From positions 7,711 through 71,710 of the forward strand of contig JBAYGW010000002.1 in assembly GCA_041666485.1 (NCBI GenBank): a stretch of 64,000 nt of DNA. The letters are read 5' to 3'. Both the position numbers and the translations under genes were made by a program. Source of the DNA: Patescibacteria group bacterium. Its GTDB lineage: Bacteria; Patescibacteriota; Patescibacteriia; UM-FILTER-42-10. Within the stretch, counting starts at the first letter, position 1. Every line of letters begins with the position of its first letter. The notes below the pieces were generated by a model. That model was not told the origin of the DNA, did no database searches, and worked only from the letters and a program-made list of their open reading frames with translations. This document shows positions 56,869-64,000 of the stretch, one piece after another.

Positions 56869-59800
56869 TTATTCCTCGCTGTCCGGTTTAGGATTCGGCT
56901 CTGCCGGAGGCTCCGGTGTTGGTCCGGAAGCAGGTGGAACATCACCTGTCGCAGGTGCCTGCTCCGTTGTAGCAGTGTTTGGATTTCTAGTATCCGGTTT
57001 AGATGCCTCGGGTTTCGGAGTAACTTCATGCCAATCCGTAGTCCCCGCAGGACTCGGCGCGGGGCCGGCACCGCCTTGCGGACGGCTGGGTCTCGGGTTA
57101 GGTCCGCTAGATCTGGAAGCTGCCGGTCTTGGACCTGTCTGTCCGCCTCCGCTAGATGGTTTTGGAGCGCCGTCTCCTGACGGAGCTTCTTCTCCCTTAC
57201 CGGCTTTTTCACCTTTCAATGTCTTTACTAACTGCGTTAACGCGTAAACCAGTGTCTGTTGCATCATCGGATTGTTCATTTTTCCGCTAGCAACCAATTC
57301 TGAATGAAGGCCAAAAGCATCAACCGCATCCCGGGCTTTATTTTGTTTTTCCGGATCTTTTATTTTATCAATATTTTCTTTCAGTGCCAGGACCATGTTA
57401 CCGATACTCTGGTTCAAATCAAGGAATGACTGCGGATCAATCACCTTGCCAAGTGTTGCAAACTGGTTGCTTAAGTCAGCCAGTCCGGCGGCGAGTGCAT
57501 CCATTCCTGTCATAGATTCCGCGTCCTTCGGCATCAGATCAGCCAACCCCTGTTCAATTGCCGCTTGATTCGCAGCTTCCAGATCATCGGATAGTTTCTT
57601 CACACCCGCAACCTGAGCATTCACTACTCCTTCCATTGCATCATCATCCAATGTATCCACAAATTCCCCGTCCATTTTCTTCTTTGCCCACTTTTTCTTT
57701 CCGCCTGTTTTCTTGTCTAATACTTCATCATACTCATATGTAAAATCGCCGTCACTAATCGGGGTTCTGTCTTTAAGACTGGTACGTAAATCTTTTTCGT
57801 GCTTTTCCGCTGCCGCCTTAGGTTCCAGAACTGGTTTTTCTTTTGGTAATTCACCCAGACCCGGTTTCATTCTGGATACATCTACAGGCATCTTTTCCTT
57901 ATCATTACTATAGTTATAGTAATCTTCATCTATCGGAATAGACAATTCAGGTTTTTTTGCTCCACGGTAGGCACTATTCCACAACGCCCTGATCATAGAT
58001 GGATTAATTGCGTATATATCTTCAAATCTTTTCTTGGCAACTGGATCAGGCTTTGGCATTCCTTTCTCGTCCAGAACTACATTGTTATTTTCATCTTTTT
58101 CTGGCACAAAATTTCCTTTTTCATCAAATATCCGATCTCGCCAGTTTTCATCACTGATTCCATTGTGACTGCCGACCAGAATCTGGGACAGGCGCGCCTG
58201 AAAATGATGCGCTTCCGGAATCATGGAAGGTGTCAGTACTTCACCCAAAAATCTTTTCTGGGAAACAGACATAAGATCCGCGTCAGTTGAAAAATCCCAA
58301 CCAGCACCTAAATCTTTTCCATCTTCATCTTTTCTGTTTTCTTTATACACTAGCGAGTGCATGGCATGAGGAGCCACACCCTGCATAAAAGCACGAGATC
58401 CGCGTTTGCGCGCTTCCCCTTTTACTTCGCCGATTCTTTCATCCTCGTTCATAATCCGATACTTGCCGGTTTTCGCATCCAAAGTAGCCATCGTCTGCTC
58501 CCAGTGGCCGACATTACGTGACGACTGGCTGATTGTATACATGGTACGTAATGCAGTCTGCTCTTCATGTGTAGCATTTTCCGCACTCTTATTGGATTCT
58601 GCAGTAGCTTCTTTCATTAATCTACTTCTCTCTTTTGGATCAGCCTTATCGTAATCAATATTCTGTTCTTTTGCTTTTCTTTTAGCAATGGTTGTGGGGT
58701 CAAATTTACCACGATCCAACTGCAAATAACCCATGGTAAACTGCTTGAACCCTTCATCATCCATGACTTTGGCTTTTTCCCAGCTATCAAACCCGAATTG
58801 CTGGGCTGTTGTATTATCCTTAATCAGACCGCTGGAAAGAAAATGGGCATACACATCATCCAAATTGCCTCGTTCCGCGGCTAATTCAATAATAGCCTCA
58901 CGGGAACGCTCCCCTTTGATACCACCCAAACGCATCGCTTGTTCCGCCAGTTCCGCCATTTTCTCCTTGCCGGCGCCGGACTCCGAGATCTCTTTCATCA
59001 TTTCGCCTTTGTATTCACCCACCACTGCACTACGGGCCATTTCCGCTCGCTGCATAGCTGCGCCCTTGGGTGAAACTTTAAGATTACCCCGTTTCTGACG
59101 GAAAAAACGCGGTAACCATTCGTCCATTACCTTTTCCGCCATCTCTTCTCCCTTACCGGCTATTTCCCTGTTTTGTTGGGTGGCTAAACGCTCTCCTCTC
59201 TGGCCGATACCCTTCCAATAGGAAGGGCTCAATATCGGGGCTTTTTCTGTGATCTTTCTGCCGATTGCACCGTAGGTTCGCTTGGCAAACCGGTTGTTGA
59301 AAGGCTTCTTTAAGGTCTTCATACCCATTGATTTCAGCTTGTCCGGGAACCGGCCGACGGTTGAACCGCCCATCACGCCGAATTCCTGAGTCAGCATAAT
59401 ACCGGTCAGAAGCAGTGCAATAGTAATAATATAATTAAACATGTTCTGGGTGTTCATGATTGCCGAAGCACCCTTTGGCAGTTTTGTAGCATCAACAGCA
59501 TCAGAGTCTGCTAATGTTCCATCGCTCACTCCAATATCAGACAAATCAATCGGCGCTCCCGCGCTGGTAGAGATCACGGAAAGTGATAACCACAAAAAGA
59601 AAGCCAGCACCGGACCGGCCGTCAGATTTTTACCCAGTTCCGTCCACCACCTGCTGGCATAGCGTGAAGTATTGGGTAACACTGATGCAATGTAGGCAAC
59701 CGGAGAAAGAATAACCAGGATCCAGATCATCAGAATTCTTGCTATTAAGATAACTAGCATGGCAAGTAAAACCGCAATCGCAACCACCAGCATCCCGTTG

Positions 59801-60411
59801 GCTAAAAAAATAGCCATTATTACGGAACCGATGCCTAACATACCGTCTGTATCTTTAGCAAAACTGGTCATTTGAGCGAGATTCAAACCAACCGTCAAGA
59901 CAATCGCCGCGGAATCTTTAAATGAATTCACAAATGTCAGCATGATCACCTGTGAAAAATCCACAAAGATGCCGGTGATCGTTTTACTGAAGTTAATCAG
60001 CACCGCCATGATAATCATTTTTGTCAGCAGACTGCGCGCGTGATACTGCTGGAGTTTCATGATTGTACCGAAAGCGATGACAATCAGAATTACGATAAAC
60101 ATCATGTTGGACAGATCCCTGATAATCGTCCAGCCGATATGCACCGCCGGCGGCGCTTTCATGTTGACGAAATTATTATAGCTGAATATTTTAATTACCA
60201 ATTCAATCAGCATACCCAGCAATGCTCCCAACAATTTCATAATATTTGCCCCAAAGCTTCCAATCGCACCAATAATCGCATCAGAAACATCAACACCTAA
60301 AATTGCTTCCGTTTTTACCGGGAAAACCAGTCCGACAAATATAAGCACAGCCAACACACCAAGTATTGGTAATAGCGCTTTTCTGAACCGTGACAAAATC
60401 TTTCTGAACAT
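56869..60411 (-). CDS. VirB6/TrbL-like polytopic membrane protein with long soluble C-terminal tail
   Basis: GWTIIRDLSNMMFIVILIVIAFGTI, AVLINFSKTI.G..VD, RILMIWILVILSPVAY...LP.T..YA..WW; Pro/Gly-rich C-terminus. Confidence 0.75.
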   Translation of the reverse strand: MFRKILSRFRKALLPILGVLAVLIFVGLVFPVKTEAILGVDVSDAIIGAIGSFGANIMKLLGALLGMLIELVIKIFSYNNFVNMKAPPAVHIGWTIIRDLSNMMFIVILIVIAFGTIMKLQQYHARSLLTKMIIMAVLINFSKTITGIFVDFSQVIMLTFVNSFKDSAAIVLTVGLNLAQMTSFAKDTDGMLGIGSVIMAIFLANGMLVVAIAVLLAMLVILIARILMIWILVILSPVAYIASVLPNTSRYASRWWTELGKNLTAGPVLAFFLWLSLSVISTSAGAPIDLSDIGVSDGTLADSDAVDATKLPKGASAIMNTQNMFNYIITIALLLTGIMLTQEFGVMGGSTVGRFPDKLKSMGMKTLKKPFNNRFAKRTYGAIGRKITEKAPILSPSYWKGIGQRGERLATQQNREIAGKGEEMAEKVMDEWLPRFFRQKRGNLKVSPKGAAMQRAEMARSAVVGEYKGEMMKEISESGAGKEKMAELAEQAMRLGGIKGERSREAIIELAAERGNLDDVYAHFLSSGLIKDNTTAQQFGFDSWEKAKVMDDEGFKQFTMGYLQLDRGKFDPTTIAKRKAKEQNIDYDKADPKERSRLMKEATAESNKSAENATHEEQTALRTMYTISQSSRNVGHWEQTMATLDAKTGKYRIMNEDERIGEVKGEARKRGSRAFMQGVAPHAMHSLVYKENRKDEDGKDLGAGWDFSTDADLMSVSQKRFLGEVLTPSMIPEAHHFQARLSQILVGSHNGISDENWRDRIFDEKGNFVPEKDENNNVVLDEKGMPKPDPVAKKRFEDIYAINPSMIRALWNSAYRGAKKPELSIPIDEDYYNYSNDKEKMPVDVSRMKPGLGELPKEKPVLEPKAAAEKHEKDLRTSLKDRTPISDGDFTYEYDEVLDKKTGGKKKWAKKKMDGEFVDTLDDDAMEGVVNAQVAGVKKLSDDLEAANQAAIEQGLADLMPKDAESMTGMDALAAGLADLSNQFATLGKVIDPQSFLDLNQSIGNMVLALKENIDKIKDPEKQNKARDAVDAFGLHSELVASGKMNNPMMQQTLVYALTQLVKTLKGEKAGKGEEAPSGDGAPKPSSGGGQTGPRPAASRSSGPNPRPSRPQGGAGPAPSPAGTTDWHEVTPKPEASKPDTRNPNTATTEQAPATGDVPPASGPTPEPPAEPNPKPDSEE

Positions 60412-60427
60412 TCTTGATTGATATAAT

Positions 60428-63400
60428 TTAACTTGGCTGTACCGTTATTGTTCCGCCGAACTCCTGATAATCCTGGGTATTTATATCACACGGACGATGT
60501 CCGGGTGCCGCATCATTCTGGTCATTACAGAATCCCCAGTTATCTTTCAGCATAATCTCAATATTATAGACTTGTGTTGAACCGGGCTCGTCATAAGTAT
60601 GCGACATCAAATGCGGCTGGCTCGGATCAGATTTCGGCGCGCCGTTCCAGACGATAGAGCTGGTAGAACCGTCACCCCAGTCAATAACTATATTTTTCAA
60701 AGCTTCCTGCTCCGGATCCACAAAACTGGTGAATGAAAGAGTGATGGATCCACCGCCGAATAATTCCACGTCACCTTCAGCACCGTTGATCAAAACATTA
60801 TCAATCGCCGGAAGAATTGCGCAGTAGTCATTATCTGGCGGCCAGGTTGGACGTGGCCCGACACCGCCGGCATTACAGAGCGGCATAGTGTTGAAATCAT
60901 CATTCCATTCATAGTTCCAGCTTCCGATTGCGCCCGGAATTTTTTCGTATGTTGCCGTATCTACATCCCAGAACCAGGCATCATAAACATAGGCAAAGAT
61001 TCTTTGCAGATTATCCACCGCCCATACATTGCCATCAAACCCTGATGTTTGTCTTACCCCATCCCCGGCGTTTCTAGCTGCCAATCCGACACAAGATCCA
61101 GCGTTGATGCTGGTGCAATACGCATCATCGGTACAATACTTTGTCGCATCACCACTGCAATAGCCAAGCCCTACGCACACGCCGCGATTGCCGTCTTCTC
61201 CTCCGCAATCAGCATCTGTTGTACAGGAATATTGAGTACCACGATGCACCGTGTCATAACTACCGCCCATACAAACTTTCGGCACGCAATCGCCTTCGCA
61301 ACTGTATGGACTACCCGCTCGTGTATTATTTACAGGTGGCGTGGGTGTGTTGTCAAAATTCTCAATATATAAAGGCTGTAAACCGTCCGATATACTACTG
61401 TCCCAAGTTGATCCCGGATCATCACCCTGCCCCGCTACAATCGCGCCGAACGGAGCGGCGTTTTCACCATACTTGTACAGTAAATCGCGAATTTGATATG
61501 AGCTGGTATTGGCAGTTCTCTGTGCCCAAGCTTTATCGTCGGAAATACTAGCCACTTTTGCCACCTCTGTACAAACGTCACGCAAATACACATATCCCAT
61601 CACCCACATCCCACCAGTATCGCCGCTGCCATCTTCCATATAAACATAATAACTGTCTATGGTGTGATCTGTGGCCGAAAAATTCGTTTTAATTCTAAAA
61701 TGGTTATCATTACCGTCCCAACTGATATCCCAGTCATTTTCAGCATTGGCTACCCAGGTAGCTCCGCCACCCGGCCAGTCAGCATGTGACGACCGCTGTT
61801 GCACCCATTCAATCCGGTCAATTTCCCAGTCATGGTAAGTCCGGTCGCTTCCTTGGGCGGTAATTGTACTGTTTATCCCGCCTCCACCACGGCAACTGCA
61901 GAATCCAATACCGTCAGCCGGAGTGTGATTAACTAATGTATCATTACACCAACCAATATCTTCAAGTGATCCGCATTCATTGTCATCTCCTTCACAACTT
62001 TCACTCATTATTCCTGCATTAGCCCATACAGTCACCAAGTTACGACGATAGCCGGCAATCTGACCGACTAAATCAGTTTTAATATTAGAAGCACCACAAG
62101 TGCTGTTTTCATCATCATTACCGAGAAGTGTTGTAGTATTATCCCAATTACCGGTTGCTTCCACGCACATGTATAACGGCCTGCGGCCTTTATAGCCCGC
62201 CGGATCCACCGTGCCGAACACGCTGGACTCGCCGGAAATGACATCCACCGGCCACCAGGTAATACACTTATCAGGGTTGGAAGGATCCGATTCTATACAG
62301 TAACCCTGCCAGCCGTTGAACTGCACCAGATCACTGTTGGTATATTGGCATACCTCCGAATCCTCTCTCGGATAAGCACGGCAGGAACGTACCAGATATT
62401 TCTGATCACCGTCAGTAGTGGAAAGGTTTTCCGCCGGAACCGCTGTGATCCCCGGCGCTCCAGGTGGCTGCCAGTTGAATTGCATAGATGAATTACCCAG
62501 TTTCTGATAATACTCAATCATGATCGGATGCCAGCCGGCGTCCAATCCGTTGACGGTAAACGAATCATCATGCACACCATCCGTCCAATTTTCATGGACC
62601 GGCACAGTAAGATCGTCAATAAAGAATTTATATCCGTCGTCAGCAACTAAATTAAACAAATGATTACCTGCGTTTTCTACCAGAATCTTTCCGGTCCAGC
62701 GCACCGCGACCATTTCCGTAGCCCCGGCATTGTCATTTAAAAGCGTCGGCATGGAAGCATTGTCATACTGCAGGTAATCGCTGACATAGGTTCCTAAATA
62801 ATTTCCATAAGTCAACTCCAGTTCTGTAGTCAGGTTTGTTTGTGGTACTAAATAGTTGCTCGGAATGGCGGTAATTCTATTATACGTCGGGAAAAGCATT
62901 CCTTCGGTGAGCGGGCTTATTACACCGTCACCATTTTGATCCCAGGCATAGTTGATACAGAATGCGTCCGGTATTCCGCCACCGCAATTTGTCGGATTCC
63001 ATTGACCCGGATACCAGCCCATCTGCAAGCCACCATAACCACCTCCGTTAGTGAACTCAATTTTAACCGGATGCCAGCCGGCAGTGAAATACTGCGACCA
63101 CATATAACCCAGTGTCGGGATACTACCCCAGGCACTGACAATTTCCGCGCCCGGTGCCATGTCATCCACCCAAATTCTGACTCCGTCATTCACATTGAAA
63201 AACAATGTATGATATCCGGATGTTGTGAAATTAATTCCACCCTCCCACCTACCGGAACTGATATTAACTATGAAATCACCATCATCCGGAACTAGCGGAT
63301 CCATTTCTCCGGGGATTGATACGGTTGCATCTCCGTTTCCGCATAGTGTACAAATTGCCCCTCCTGCTGCATCACACGCAACACATGGTTCATACCAATT

Positions 63401-64000
63401 TAATTTTGGTACGATGTAGGGATTTCCGGGGCATGCCGTCACTAAGTTACCATCAGTAAAACATTGTTCATTCAATCCGGATTGACTGGTTGAACTCGGT
63501 TGATAAACAAAAGTATAAAAATCTCCACGGATTCCCGGTGAATCAGAAGCTTTGACTGCCAGCGCCGGTTTCATAGATACATTGTCTACGGCAAAGGAGA
63601 CATTACCACCCATATTTCTGATTAAAAGGAATGTTTCCGCGTTCTCATCCGGGATACCGTTAATCTCCACCGGTTTCAACACCTGCTGTTCCCAGCCGGT
63701 TGAGCCGTCAAAATATCCCAGGAAGTTTTCACCGACAATATCGCCGTTAAAATCAAACTGAGCAAGTGAAACAGAAATCGTTTCCTGTCCAACTTCCGGC
63801 AGGTTTTCAAACCGGAAATCCAGACTGGCAATGTATTCAGCATTGTTCAAAATATTCGTTCCCAAACTGGTTTTGACGCCCAGTCCAGTAAACTCACAAC
63901 TGCCGATCACACACTCACCACCCGCCACAGTACAAACTGTTCCCTGATTAGTGGACAGATCATCACAGACACCCTGTGATCCGGCAGAGTAGAGCAGGTA
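60428..64000 (-). CDS. Very large secreted protein with PA14-like domains, Cys-rich repeats and C-terminal PKD-like domain (partial, 5' end beyond window)
   Basis: Frame stays open to 64000. Two RW.G.I...G.H.F....DG.R/K..(V/I)DD...GWHP..IE(F/Y) PA14-like units, CTTDADC-type repeats and IDWGDG. Confidence 0.75.
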   Translation of the reverse strand, partial: YLLYSAGSQGVCDDLSTNQGTVCTVAGGECVIGSCEFTGLGVKTSLGTNILNNAEYIASLDFRFENLPEVGQETISVSLAQFDFNGDIVGENFLGYFDGSTGWEQQVLKPVEINGIPDENAETFLLIRNMGGNVSFAVDNVSMKPALAVKASDSPGIRGDFYTFVYQPSSTSQSGLNEQCFTDGNLVTACPGNPYIVPKLNWYEPCVACDAAGGAICTLCGNGDATVSIPGEMDPLVPDDGDFIVNISSGRWEGGINFTTSGYHTLFFNVNDGVRIWVDDMAPGAEIVSAWGSIPTLGYMWSQYFTAGWHPVKIEFTNGGGYGGLQMGWYPGQWNPTNCGGGIPDAFCINYAWDQNGDGVISPLTEGMLFPTYNRITAIPSNYLVPQTNLTTELELTYGNYLGTYVSDYLQYDNASMPTLLNDNAGATEMVAVRWTGKILVENAGNHLFNLVADDGYKFFIDDLTVPVHENWTDGVHDDSFTVNGLDAGWHPIMIEYYQKLGNSSMQFNWQPPGAPGITAVPAENLSTTDGDQKYLVRSCRAYPREDSEVCQYTNSDLVQFNGWQGYCIESDPSNPDKCITWWPVDVISGESSVFGTVDPAGYKGRRPLYMCVEATGNWDNTTTLLGNDDENSTCGASNIKTDLVGQIAGYRRNLVTVWANAGIMSESCEGDDNECGSLEDIGWCNDTLVNHTPADGIGFCSCRGGGGINSTITAQGSDRTYHDWEIDRIEWVQQRSSHADWPGGGATWVANAENDWDISWDGNDNHFRIKTNFSATDHTIDSYYVYMEDGSGDTGGMWVMGYVYLRDVCTEVAKVASISDDKAWAQRTANTSSYQIRDLLYKYGENAAPFGAIVAGQGDDPGSTWDSSISDGLQPLYIENFDNTPTPPVNNTRAGSPYSCEGDCVPKVCMGGSYDTVHRGTQYSCTTDADCGGEDGNRGVCVGLGYCSGDATKYCTDDAYCTSINAGSCVGLAARNAGDGVRQTSGFDGNVWAVDNLQRIFAYVYDAWFWDVDTATYEKIPGAIGSWNYEWNDDFNTMPLCNAGGVGPRPTWPPDNDYCAILPAIDNVLINGAEGDVELFGGGSITLSFTSFVDPEQEALKNIVIDWGDGSTSSIVWNGAPKSDPSQPHLMSHTYDEPGSTQVYNIEIMLKDNWGFCNDQNDAAPGHRPCDINTQDYQEFGGTITVQPS

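Noticed and set aside
1-64000. Alternative genetic code (TGA recoded) or a diversity-generating retroelement
   Set aside because: Conserved genes are full length under the standard code and TGA acts as a stop at domain ends. No reverse transcriptase or adenine-variable repeat pair was noticed.

Overview
This 64 kb window looks like chromosomal DNA from a Patescibacteria (CPR, Parcubacteria-like) bacterium using the standard code; the taxonomy is inferred from gene content, not from a marker gene. Left part: partial pilM, four secreted pilus/fibre-like genes, lemA-htpX-clpC-comF, three tRNAs interleaved with REP-like repeats and two GIY-YIG genes, then recG, radA and a dsbA-like gene. The CPR T4SS-like locus appears split in two: PrgI/VirB4/pilin-like genes at 19.8-28.4 kb, and VirB6-like and giant PA14 genes at 55.5-64 kb. 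The ~27 kb between them is the most unusual part. It holds one stand-alone PEP-synthase/PPDK-type ATP-grasp protein, six paralogues made of a divergent N-terminal domain plus a phospho-His swivel domain (a split, rifampin-phosphotransferase-like layout), five divergent OPRT-like phosphoribosyltransferases, a HAD hydrolase, a histidine phosphatase, a LOG/SLOG-like protein, an MtnK-like kinase, a two-component module and tRNA-Arg(CCG). At small scale there are 30-nt double-hairpin insertions in two tRNA fragments, a GIY-YIG gene bracketed by a duplicated tRNA 5' end, a 39-bp exact repeat bracketing three swivel-domain genes, and two GC-rich cassettes with perfect sigma70 promoters. All functional calls come from reading motifs by eye; no searches were run.
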